A stretch of 64,000 bases of DNA, from the NCBI GenBank assembly GCA_002189035.1, contig NEEC01000024.1:248001-312000 (forward strand). The letters are read 5' to 3'. Shown here in pieces: positions 12,931 through 25,100 of the stretch (the stretch's first letter is position 1; the number at the start of each line of letters is the position of its first letter). The position numbers and the translations under genes are program-made. Under the pieces are notes generated by a model. It saw nothing but the letters and a program-made list of their open reading frames with translations, was not told the origin of the DNA and did no database searches. The DNA comes from Utricularia gibba. Its lineage: Eukaryota; Plantae; Magnoliophyta.

Positions 12931-13675
12931 TATAGAAAGTGGGATTTTTTTCAATACATTTATAGAAAATACACACTCCATGGTTCTCTTTGGTGAATGA
13001 ATCGAATGCAACCCTCCTAAGACCTAGCACTTATTCAATTCATCTATCACTTAGCGGTTGCAACAATTAGAAATCTGAAAAGCTTTAAAAATTTTAAAAA
13101 CCTATAGTGATAACTCACTGAAGACAACTCAATGGAGGATTTAGTCAAGTCCCACAAATGATGCCAAAGGTTATGGGATTTAAGAAATTTTACTTGTTTT
13201 TTAATAATTTCATAATATTATATGCTTTTATAGATTTATTGAAACAAGAGGTAAGGGAATGATAACCTTGAAAACTAGAAAAATCAAGGTTTCTTTCATA
13301 TGAGAAAAATGATTTCACTAAGCAAGTGTTGCGAGAAGAAAGGTTAAATGAAGTTATGGAAAAACCATGATGGAAGTTATCGGATTTTTCTCTCCTTCTC
13401 CAAAGTCCCTTCTTTTCCATCTTTCCCTTCTTTATACACCTATCATATATAAGATAATTGATGGAGATTTATTCTTTCATCTACCTGTTCTGACATGACA
13501 TAAACCATGACTAATTTCTTTTTCATCGGTTGAATAGGGTGGCTAACAGTAGCACTAGCGAGTGATGAAGACACTTTACACTTTTGCTGGTCAACTGCCT
13601 TGTCTAGTTAACAAAATTTCAGCTGTGCAATTGTTGCTCACTGTAGATGATGCTCGTTGGGTTTGGGAGTTTCCA

Positions 13676-15540
13676 TCATCTTTCGTTTAGGTAGCTCTCT
13701 GCGATTGTAGCATGGGCGGCAGCACCAACGGGAAGGGCGTTTTCATCAACAATGAACTGGGGTGAGTGAGCTGTGTGAACTGAACCAAGTGTCTCATTCT
13801 TTATGCCGATGTAGAAGAAAGATGCAGGGACGACTTCCGAGTAGAAGGCGAAATCCTCGGCTCCCATCAGAGGTTGGACGTCGTGGAAACTAGCCGTCCC
13901 GACCAAATCAACAGCCGCCTTCTTCACGTGCTTGTAAATCTCGTCGTTGTTCACCAGGGGTGGGTAAATTGCATCATAGTTACCAAAGAAGTCTACCGTG
14001 GCAGAGCATCTGTAGACCTTAGACTGAGCTAAAATGATCTGCTTCGAGGATCAATAGCATATATGATTAGCATCCCAAGGTAGCAGCAGTTTGGTTTTCT
14101 TGAAAAAAAAAGGGAAAAACTGCGACTATAGTAGCTAACCTCTTCTATTCGTCTGAACAACCTTTGGAAATTTTTCCTGGAAAATGCTCTGACAGTTCCA
14201 CCGAACTCTACTTGAAGTGGTGCAGCACCATCGAGATCATCTCGGCCGCTCTTGAAGAAAGTGACTGAAACCACCTGGACGAGAGAAGCAAAGGTGTGAG
14301 ACGAGTGGCAGTGAAAGAGGCAGCTACAAGAGAAGAATAAAGGCGCGTAGGCTGCGTTGACCTGAGAGTCCAATGGATCGGATTCACGCGATACTATGCC
14401 CTGTAAACTGATGACGGTTGCTGAAGCAGCCAAGACCACGTTTCCTCCCACACCCTGGATGGCAGCCTTGAAGAATCCACAGCCTGCTAGCAGAGCTCCC
14501 GTTCTGGATCCAATGGAACCCGTGGGAAGGAGGTGGGAGACGTGTAATCCGAAGATGGCCTCCACATCGTGGAGCGCCCCATCTTCAATCATCCTTTTAG
14601 CTCCGTTGCCAGCTTCCTCTGCGGGTTGAAAGAGGAGAATCACCGTCCCCTGCATCCAAAACACACGATTCGATTGGATTGGATTGGACTGGACTGGTCG
14701 GAAAGAAACGAAAGACAGGGTATCATTTCTATCAAGTCCTCGTTGAGCCTGGGAACATTCAGGTGCAAAAACAAACAAAATGGCAGGATCCGTCCTCAAA
14801 TAATTATATGGGCGTCAGTCATACGAGGAGCATCAGTGGGAAAATAAAAAGGATACCTTCAAGTTCGCCTCACGCGCCTTAAGGATCCTTGCAGCGCCGA
14901 GGAGCATGGCCACGTGGGCGTCGTGGCCGCAGGCGTGCATCTTCCCGGTGTTTTTGCTCTTGTGCTCCCATTCCACGGCTTCCTGTGAAAAATTAAAATT
15001 GAATCGAATAGGATAATTTAGCATTTCTTTTGAGACAGGCAGGGGCTGGAAGTGATTTGAAGGAACCTGAATTGGGAGAGCATCCATATCGGCGCGGAGG
15101 GCGACGAAGGGGGCTTTTCCGGTTCCGATGGCAGCACGGATGCCGGTGTGGGCCAAGGGATAGCGGTATGGGATGTGTAGGCGATCCAGTTCGTGGCGAA
15201 CGAGGCGGCTGGTTTCGTGCTCCTGGAAGGCCAGCTCTGGATTCGCGTGGATCTTCCTTCTCACACTACTCATCCACTCCGTCATTCCACCCTTCCACGC
15301 CATGTTCATTATTTCGGAAAATTCATTAGTAGGAGCAAAAGCAGTTCTCTGCCAGGGCCAGATGTTGTTATTGTTGTTGTTGCCGTTGTTGGAGGAAGAG
15401 TGATTCCTAGAAAACGGCTTCACTATCCTCATGATCATCTCGTCTACTTGGAGCAACGAAGAACGCTCGGAGCTCGTGGTGCCCACTGCAGCCAGGGAAG
15501 AGAGCATGACCGTCAAAATAGCAGCAGACATCATCTCCAT
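13676..15540 (-). CDS. ILL6: IAA/JA-amino acid conjugate hydrolase ILR1-like 6 (M20D peptidase); exons 15067-15540, 14857-14982, 14362-14649, 14140-14274, 13676-14038
   Basis: Signal peptide; [53 protein letters not shown] and AHSPQF motifs. Four phase-0 GT-AG introns, no stops. The long N-terminal extension and the lack of the GGHAA.P motif fit the ILL6 clade. The start codon could be one of the nearby Mets. Confidence 0.93.
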
Positions 15541-15630
15541 TGGAGCAGACTCCAACATGTGATGAGATGAGGGAGAACTCAAGAGAATGAGGGGGAGAAA
15601 TGAATATAACACCAAAAACATTTGCTCCAC

Positions 15631-15732
15631 CACGTGGGTACTAAGAAGGCGGGGGCAGGGTGGGTACTGCTGACATATTTGTCACATGCCGGAATTTTCC
15701 CAAAAAGGGTCCACGTCCACGTCATTCACATG
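15631..15732 (-). promoter_or_regulatory. ILL6 proximal promoter motif cluster: G-box CACGTG (15631), CACATG (15683, 15727), TGACGT (15719-15724, minus strand)
   Basis: The motifs are read directly from the sequence about 90-190 bp upstream of the ATG. Function is inferred. Confidence 0.5.
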
Positions 15733-17232
15733 GAAATTAAATTGCTGCTACCAACCAGCTAGCTACTAGGACTTGGAGCAGATGAGGCATCGACGGGATG
15801 TTTTCCGAAACTTGAAATAACCCGAGTAGTTTTGGGCTTAGAAAATTTCTATTCTTTTAATACAAACATTTAAAAGTGCGTGTCTGTGGTTAAGGGTTTT
15901 CCATTGGTTTGTGTTTTGACAATAAACTTTCTGAAAGGGAAGTAACGTCGGTTGTTTGGAGGAAGGATTGAGTTGAGCTACTTGATTTGGTTTCTAACAA
16001 TTGTTGTACACTGTCCTTGTCCAGGAATGAGTCCTTTTTTACTTTCTCTTTGCCTTGTTTCCTATCTAAAAAAGTGGGAACAGATAGAATAGAAAAGAAT
16101 CCGGGGGAGGGGGGCGAGCGTGAAGCATAATAATTAAAAAAAGAAAAAAAAAAAGGCAGCTGTGTTGGGGGTCAAGTGGGGGTGAAGCATCATCGTCTAT
16201 CGCCCATCCAATGGGATCCACTCTTGGGATGGGATGTTGGTTAGGATGGGGGGTTGCATGACGACAAAGGAGCCTCACCAACTTGGAGTTGTTTTTAAGG
16301 CTGGCTGGACAGAAAGGTAGTGTTACTGTTACACCACTACAAGTGGGTTTTGCGTTTGCTTTCAAAAGGCTGGCTGGCTGGCCGCAAGTGGGTTGTCTTT
16401 ATTTTCTTCGTTCATTGAATAATTCCGCATCTGCGACGTGCGAGCGACCCAAAGGGGACCGGCGTCTCTTCCTCATGCATGTGATGTGGGTTATTTTTCA
16501 ACTGTCTTCAAAACCCACCATCTACTTCTACTTTTACCCCCCCAATGAAATTGGATGCACAACCCTCCCAACACCATCTTCATATATCTCTCTATCAGTG
16601 GGTGATGAAGAAGAATGTAATGTACTGTTAGACATCACTCCCTCCTACTTTTCTTGTGCTCTACACCAAATCCATGCGATGCTTAGGGAACGAGTTTTCA
16701 ACGGTACTCCTATTCCAAGATGTATACGTTGTACTACATGGAAAAACATGTCCCTTGTGAACAAGAAAACGCACCACAATTAACGTCATGTATGTATACA
16801 TTAAATGAATCAAACGACACAAATTTCTGTGCACTTGTGTCATTATATTCTTTTATCATATCTATTATTCATTTTCATCCCACCAGTTTTTTACACGTGT
16901 ACGCCACTTTTTAGGTGTGATGAACCTACCATCGTGCTAGCTCCAAGATTCTGTTGAAAGTAATTTTCTCAAGATCCAAATTATATTCAAAATTAATCCT
17001 TACATTCTTTGTATGCTCCACGCTCAAAAGCAAAGCACAAACAAATAACTGAATGCAACACAACATTTCAAAAAATGACGTGGGTAGTTAAGCTCAATGA
17101 TTAGCCTTCTTCGCAAAAGATTCGGAATTGGAGTTGTCCGGCTGAGAGACCCACACACCGCGTCAATACTACAAAATTCAAAAAAACAACAGGCGCCGCA
17201 GTTGTAGAAAAAATCACCCGAGGTTTACAAAT

Positions 17233-17278
17233 TATATATATATATATATATACATATATATAATTTTTATATATATAT
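17233..17278. repeat. Interrupted (TA)n microsatellite
   Basis: TATATATATATATATATATACATATATATA...TATATATATA. Confidence 0.95.
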
Positions 17279-18719
17279 GAGAAAGGATGCGATAATGACC
17301 GAATTTATAAATGAGCACAAAATCACTATGTCTTGCTGTTTTCATAGTTAAGTGATCAACTAGTTCTTTGTTTTCTCGTTGACGACTGAGAGAAATAGGC
17401 GTGTTCAAATCAATGGGTACGTTTGGTTGATAAGCGAGTTTTTAAAGATTTATCTATGTTAATTTAAATAAATCTACATGAACGTGTAAACATAAATTGA
17501 GGTAAGGAGTGGTTTATTTGAATTCCCGAAAACGTATTCAGTTTTATTCTTCCAACCGCGAATGAATAGGTATATGTGATTTATAAAAGATTGTTTAATT
17601 TGACGTTTTACACTTACAAATTATATAAAAAAAGTAATGAATTATTTGAAACGTGTTTTCTCAAAAGATGAGGGGACGGCAATCATGTCCTGGTTCCTCT
17701 GACTTTATTGTACAAAACACGGTACAAACACGTAGTCACCAATCTCATTATTGTAGTTATCTGCCTGCTCGCCACTCAATATATATATTACAGTTTATTC
17801 ATGATGTCCCCACGTGCTGCTGCCACTTTTTTATTTGAGGGGTTTTGATTAGTGAAACGTGCTGCTCCCACTTATTCAATACTATTATTGATATAACCAG
17901 TAAAAAGAAGCAGATCATCTAAATACTTGTCCTCACACGTCGCAATCCATGCTTTGTGTCCGAGGTGGTCACGCTTGCAAAGAATCACCTCTATATATAT
18001 CTACCTTCTTCTAGATTTGTAAAACACATTGTGTTATGAGGTGTGTTGTTTTTTAATGGATTTAGCCTACCATTTAGTGGCCCAAGATAGTTTGAGAAAA
18101 GAGTAAAAGATGGGCATAGTGGTAATCCGTAAAAACAGAAAAAATAGATAATTACATGTCAAGAAAGAATTTTCATTAAGAAAAACATGGCTATTCACAA
18201 AGACTTCACTAGAAAACTTGAGGGTGCTAGCCTCCAAAACATTTGTACTCCAATAGGTGTGAAATTAGACGTAACCTTCCGCGGGGTTGAAGGATATTTC
18301 AATATTTTTTTGATGGATTTTAGCAATATTCGATGGCCTAAGGATTTGTTAGAAAACAAGTAACGAGGCAAATATTTTTGTTTTTACAAGTTTTTTTTTT
18401 ATTTTGATGATTTTTAGAAAGATTTCTACATTAAATGACCAGGTTGATTTTTTTGAAACCTATGAGAAGGCAAGCAAGTGGTAAAAACAAAAAACAAAAA
18501 AAAAATTGGGGATGATCATTACACCAAGAAAATGAATCTACTAAGCAAGGAATATCTATTTCCCTACTTATATACCTTGTAGAAAAGGACATTCCAATTT
18601 CATTGTCTTTCTTGATCATATACTATGTTAATGAGAATGGCAACCTAGTACTATTCTAGGCTTATCAAGTCAAAGACCACGATAAATACATGTTGTCCCT
18701 TTACTAAATAGGGAGAGCG

Positions 18720-19650
18720 ATCCTCTTTCTCCTAGGGTCTGACTCGGTGGAATTGGGTTGAACCCACAGAGTCAACATAAAAGAATCTAACTCAGTAGAT
18801 AGAGGTCGACGGGTTTAATGAGCTCGACCCATACCGAGTCATGAGTTGACCTGGATAATTATAATTGTTTTTTATATTTAATTACATTAGTTAAATAATT
18901 GTAATATTCAAAAACACACTTTTTAAACTCCAAATATATGCACTGCACCTATCAATGATGTACTGTAAACTCACTGCTGCATGCTTCATTTTGTCAAGGA
19001 ATTCCTTTGAATTACATTCTCCTTAGAGATGCTATTGAACTGATAAGAAGCCCTAGGGATGCGAAAACGATTATGAGTCATCTTTTAAGTTTCCCAATCA
19101 TCATTACTATTGAAGCCGGATATGATGTAGACATTGAACAAGATGATACTTTGGTTCATCATATCCTACAACTTCCTCTTGAGATAAGGAGGATGATGAA
19201 ACCATCAATCGTTAGTTTTCACTTCAGATTGGAATGATGGGGTTCTCAATTAGTACAGAACATTTTTCAGAAATTTATTGAATTGCTTGGAGGTTCCATT
19301 ATCTAACTTAAATCCTTGATTAGTTACATATGTTCTAAGATTCATGAGCCTGTGCACCGAAGAATAATGTGTACCTACTCTTCCAGTTTTTTTCATAGTT
19401 AGCATATGCATAAAAAAATTAGAGAGCCAACCACTTCTTGTTGAAAATAAAGTATGGTATAACATTGGTAGAAGACATGTGTACTAGATATGATGAGTGA
19501 TGGATCAGCTTCATGTTTGTGTCCCCTTCAAAGGAACTAGATTTTCCCATACAACTTGATTCTACATCTATTGTTGGTAAAGCAAAGGGTACAAGATTTT
19601 TTCTTTTCTCATAAAGAAAACACCCATACAAAACCTAATTTACTCAATTT
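18720..19650 (-). mobile_element. Highly degenerate hAT transposase remnant with subterminal repeats
   Basis: The minus frame LFSTRSGWLSNFFMHMLTMKK...RLMNLRTYVTNQGFKL resembles the hAT dimerisation motif (CSSSGCERNWS.FE.IHTKKRNRL..RLNDLVYV..NL). GACTCGG/CCGAGTC and GGTTGAACCC-type repeats lie at 18740-18850. No TIR identified. Confidence 0.45.
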
Positions 19651-20257
19651 TGACATCTTTATCACAGGATTTGAGAGATTACCCAAAGACGAAGTTGATG
19701 CATTCCTTACTATTTTCTATAATAAGAGTAGGTCCTTAAGTGATATATTGTCAACTTATGTTAATGTTATAGGGACTTGTCACTTTTGGTGTGGTCAAAC
19801 TAGGATGTCTCGTAGACATCAACAAACGCACATCGAGGAGGCTAAAAATGATATTGCAAAAGAACCACTTAACAACACTCAAGTCCATTAAGAGCAAGAT
19901 ATTGATGCTAGTGATCTACGAGAGCAAAATAGAGCGCTTTGTGCTAAAATCGAATGGTACGAGATTCAATGGGCCTATGGTGCCCCTCACATCTATTATG
20001 GAACTTCTCAAGAAGTTGATTGTGTTAGATTTTAATAGTGTGTTGTCTGATATTCTATTTTGAGGTCAAATCCAAAGGCTACATCGGAAGCCAAAAGCAG
20101 TCATCTACGATAGATATAGTTAGATAAACATAACATGACTATAGTTTATACATTACGCGACCTTGTGTAATGCTTTGTTCTTTGTTTTTATAGTTGTTTT
20201 AGAACCTTATGCTTGGTAGTTCATTAAATGGTGTATGAAGCACATTGATATGGGTTG

Positions 20258-20312
20258 TATAGCCTCTATAGATGTACTCATCTATTTTGGAAGTACATCT
20301 ATAGAGGCTATA
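20258..20312. repeat. Perfect 21-bp inverted repeat with a 13-nt loop
   Basis: TATAGCCTCTATAGATGTACT (20258-20278) / AGTACATCTATAGAGGCTATA (20292-20312). Confidence 0.95.
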
Positions 20313-20420
20313 TTTTGATAAACAATTGGTAAAATAAATATAGTCTATATTTTGATTTGGTAAATATATGATGTTATAAAAATATTTAATTATTTACTTT
20401 TTATGAATCTAGATGATAAT

Positions 20421-21109
20421 TGATGGTAATTTTGCAAGTGCACAGAAACTATTGAAGTAATAAAATAACATTATATCTACAACGAATTGTTATTGGATTT
20501 TATTTTCAAACAAAGACTTAAAAAGACTGAAAACATAAGAAATGTTTGGTTTTAAAAACAATAATAAAAGTGGCCTTGGATCTAAGATCCATCTTGCTTA
20601 AAACTCATCTTTGTGTGTGTGCAAATCTTGAAAATTGACCTGCTTGCGTAAGCTTTGAGGGTGTTATTCTAAAGTAGTTCTACTCGGTAACCATTGTAGT
20701 ACCGTCCCTTATTTTGTGGGTTATGGAATCAATCACACCACCAGAGCCATTTCACCTCCTGTGATAACCCATGTTTTCCTCACACCCAAATCTAACCCCT
20801 ACACCTCTCATCTCATAGATAAATTAGACAGAATGTGCCTTACCAACGATATCCGATTGCGCTCTTCTCCTTAGGTGCTTCAGGCCAACCTTTGATTCTT
20901 CTACACTCCATTAGGATTAAAGGGACTAAAGATCACGTTGGTAAAGAAAACATTGTGAAAAATAGAATCAAACCTCAATTTAAAACAATCACACGCGTAG
21001 GACTTGGGCAAGCAAGACTTTACCATAGATCCTTAGCCGCAAGCGCTCACACGTGCATGCTCTACCCTAAACAACAAAAGTTGATGAAAAAAACGAAAAG
21101 AAAAGCATC
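20421..21109 (-). mobile_element. Athila LTR family B fragment, interrupted by the Tat1 insertion
   Basis: Co-linear with 38729 to about 39460 (TGATGGT.ATT.TGCAAGTGCAC...CCATTTCACCTC.TGTGATAACCCATGTTTTCC.CACACCCAAATCTAACCCCTACACCTC). Confidence 0.85.
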
Positions 21110-22129
21110 TGATAGGGATTAATCGGTCAAGGGTAACCGGTTCCTAAAAGGTTGCCAAAAGAGAATCTGATGGGATAATGCCAGTCGATAGATCGATATC
21201 TGTCAGAAATTTGACAGGTATGGACATATGACACAGTCTGAAAAGCGGCCGAATTACGGCATAACAGGCGGCCGATATCTGAGAAGCGAGATCGTATAGT
21301 AGGAGCAGAAAGCAACCGATATTTGCAGACGTCAGAATTCGGTCAGAGTGAGCTCTCCTATAAATAGAAGGAATTATGACGAAAGCCAGGTTGAACAAAA
21401 AAAAAGAGGATTCTTGAACTTGTATTCCCCTCTTCGCCATCTCCATCTAGTGGAAATCTTTCCCGGTTAGCTCCGGTATCTTTTCGGCGGTTTCCACGTA
21501 AAAATCTTCGCTCACTTTTACTTCAATTGAACCAACCGTGAAAAACGAGACTAAGTGTGACATTCCCGATCGCACCTATCACCTTAAATCGGCCTCCCAC
21601 CAGATACCGATTTTACCCGTAACATTCTTGGCACCCATCATGGGGCGATGTTCCACAGCCCCACTCGAGAAACCCACAGGAGCCACCCGTTAATCACAGA
21701 TCATGGCGGAAAAAAGCATAGCCACCGACCCGGCTCAGGACGAAAGCGCCGACGCGCGAGACCTCGGCCTTATGATCACCACCAGGGAGCAACTGAAGGC
21801 CATGATAACGGAAATCCTCGCCGACCTCCGGGCACCTTCAGGTCTCAACTCTAACGCCCAAGAGGGAAGAAAGGGAAGAAGAGCTGAAGAGAGAGTTAGA
21901 TAAGATCCACGAGAGGAGAAGACTTATCGGCAAGTGGAGGTCGATGGGGAGAAGAGAGGATAGGGTCTTCAGGGACATTTTCGATCAGAACGTATCCACC
22001 GGGAGAGGGGACGTTCTGGCCGACATCGCTTTGGCCTTGAAGAGTGGGTTGAGGGAGCAGCTGGGACCACAACGCTGTGTTTTGACCCCTTCTCGGATGA
22101 TTTAGTCGAGGAAGAACCCGAGAGAGGAT

Positions 22130-25100
22130 TCAGGGTCCCAGACGGATTACCCACGTATGACGGGAAAGGGGACCCCATATCGTAACCGACTTCAATATGA
22201 GGATGTCTATGGTTCGACATTCAGAGGCCATGAAGTGTAAGCTGTTTGCTTGCTCGCTCCAAAAAGGAGCAAAGACTTGCTTCAAACAATTAGAACCATG
22301 CAGCGTGGCATCTTATCGGGAGTTAGTGCTGCTTTTCACTACCCGATACTCTGTCAGCATCAAAGCTCCACCTTCAAAGGCAGCATTATACTCTGTTCGG
22401 TATGACCACCGAAAAGAGAGTTTGAGAAGGTTCATCGACCGATTTAACTGCCAAGCACAAGACATCCAGCTGGATTTAAAGGAGAGGGTGGAAATAATGA
22501 AACGGGCCTTAGGAACGTTGGGACAGAGTCTATCAAAGTCCCCACCAAAGAATCTCGGAGAATTGCTAAGGAAAATCATGAAGTACATCCGAGTTGACGA
22601 CGACCTCTGGGCCGAGATGAAAATCCGCGTGGAGATCCGTCCGAGCCCGCAGCAAGAGGCCCAACTTAACCGGGGGCCCAGGCCGAACAAGCGCCGTGAA
22701 ATACACAAGACCAGCGGGCATGATACTGCCAACTGCCGAGTAATGAAGAGGATGATCGAGCAATATCATGCTGGCGGGGGAATGAGCAACGCGATACAAA
22801 ACCCCGCATCGATGACGGACCGGAAAAGAGGACATAACGAACGAACCGGGAATGAAGGTAACCGATATCCGAAGTTCCCCCCAAAACCTGTGAGGGAAGA
22901 CCTGAGAGCCAGCAGGGAACCGAATCTCGGAGGAGGACAAGACGTACCGGAAAGTTCACGGAATTCACACCAAATGCAAGGTAGTCCCCCCTACATTCGG
23001 GAAATCCATGTGATATCCGGAGGGACCGAAATGGATGTTTCCGGAAAAGCGCGGAAGAGATATTTGGATGAAGCTAGAAGAGGAGAAGTTTTCGAGATCG
23101 GAAATGGTCCGATTGAGAAAAAACTGCTTGGGAAAAAGAAGAGATCAGCTTCTCCGGCACAGACGTCCCATTCGCCCCAGCCGCAAGAGATGAACCTTTG
23201 GTGGTATCGGGAATATGCGGGAGCACCAAGGTAAGAAGGATTCTTATTGATCAAGGATCCTCCTGCAACATCATGAAGAAGGAAGTAGTCGAGTTACTGG
23301 CGTCATCCAACGAGGGAAACATCAGCCACGTGTGCATGAAGTTATACGCCTTCGATCAACGGGCCGTGCAAACTATCGGGAAAATAACCCTGCCCGTAAC
23401 ATTCGAAACGGCAGGGCAGAACCGAACCGAGAGGTTGGAATTCTTGATCCTAGATTAAGAGGTCTCATACAACATCATCCTCGGGCGACTCGGCATCAAC
23501 CAATTCAGTATGATACCGTTCATTGTGCATTTGAAAATTAAATTCCCGACATCGAGGGGCATTTGCACGATGGGCATCGACCAACGAACCGCCCAGTCTT
23601 GTTATGTATCTTCCTGCCGAGACCCCTGCGCGAAAAAGCCGAGAGTGATGATGGTAGAAAAGGAACCCCGAGAACCCCCTAGACAAGCAATGGAACTAGT
23701 AGGGTACAAGTCAGTGCAACTAGTACCAGAAGATGCGCAGAAAGCAACCCGCATTGGTGCCAATCTGGACAACAGATTTGAGAAGAGGTTAGTTGAACTT
23801 TTGATGAAGAACGCCGATATTTTTGCCTGGACTGCTGCAGACTTTGTAGGCATTGATCGATCCGTTGCCGAGCATCACATTGATTCGTACCCGGGGGAAA
23901 AACCGGTTCGACAGAAGCAACGTCATTTCTCAAAGGAAAAGTGCCGAATTATCAAAGAAAAAACAAGGGAGCTCTTGGAAGCTGGTTATGTGAAGGAGAT
24001 CCAGTACTCCGAGTGGGTAGCCAACCCAGTCATCGTCCCGAAGCCCGGGGGAAAATGGAGGATGTGCATTGACTTCACCGACCTCAACGCCTATTGCGAA
24101 AGAGACCCTTATCCTTTGCCAAAGATTGACAAGCTAGTGGACGCCATTGTCGGATCCCGATTCCTGAGCTTCATGGATGCCTATTCGGGATACCACCAAA
24201 TTTTCGTTGTCGAGAGAGACCAACCGAAAACCACCTTCTACACCAAGAATGGGGTTTACTGCTACGTGGCCATGCCTTTCGGTTTAAAGAATGCTGGGGC
24301 GACTTATCGGAGGTTGGTAAATAAAATATTCTCTTCTGAAATCGGTACCTCGATGGAGGTATATATGGACGATATGATCGTAAAATCTATGTATGAAGAA
24401 GACCACTTAGCGTATTTGGATTCTTGTTTCTCTATGTGCCGGTCATACGGGTTAAAACTCAACCCACTGAAATGTTGCTTCGGGGTGCGAAGCGGAAAAT
24501 TCCTGGGGCATTAGTATCGGAGAGAGGAATCGAGGCTGACCCCGAGAAGATTAAGGCAATATGCGAAATGCAACCCCCAAGGACAATCAAGGAGTACTAG
24601 AGCCTCATGGGTAAATTGGCTGCCCTCAGCAGTTTCATATCTCGGTCAGCCGATAAGTTGGCATCCTTCTTCAAGGTCTTGCGAAAGGGAAACGCTTTAG
24701 AATGGAACGAGGATTGCCGGATTGTCTTTGAAAAACTCAAGGAATATCTCTCATCACCCCCGCTTCTTGTGGCTCCGAAAGCAGGAGAGCCCTTAGGACT
24801 ATATCTGTCTATATCGCCTGTTGCAGTCAGCGCAGTCTTGACAACCATCTCGGCAGATAAACACTTGCCGGTGTATTATGTGAGCAAGGTTCTGTTACTG
24901 GCCGAAACCCGGTATATGGTGATAGAAAAATTCATCTTGGCTCTGAAGATGGCGGCCATAAAACTGAGGTCATATTTCCAAGATCAGCACATCGTGGTAT
25001 TCACCAATCAGCCTCTGAAGAATATCCTATCTCGACCAGAGATTTCCGGAAGGGTTGCCAAATGGGCGGTCGAATTGAGTACAATGGATATTGAGTTTAA

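Noticed and set aside
14430-14470. ILL6 lacks the GGHAA.P segment of ILR1/IAR3 hydrolases
   Set aside because: This is a normal feature of the ILL6 clade, not a lesion.
14667-14700. (GATTG/GGACT)n run in ILL6 intron 2 and (AAC)n poly-Asn in exon 1
   Set aside because: These are ordinary short microsatellites, useful only as markers.
14396-15570. Several + strand ORFs overlapping ILL6 (77-125 aa)
   Set aside because: They are antisense shadows of GC-rich ILL6 exons with no recognisable motifs.
18080-18420. Possible MULE/MITE terminal repeats (similar sequence near 59380-59600 and 17400-17650)
   Set aside because: No paired TIRs or TSD could be identified.
23100-23260. Apparent programmed gag/pol frameshift in Tat1 (gag ORF ends at 23234, protease in another frame)
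   Set aside because: Tat2 is in frame across the same point (EKATWEKEEINFS...EPLVVS). The shift is a copy-specific indel in an A-run.
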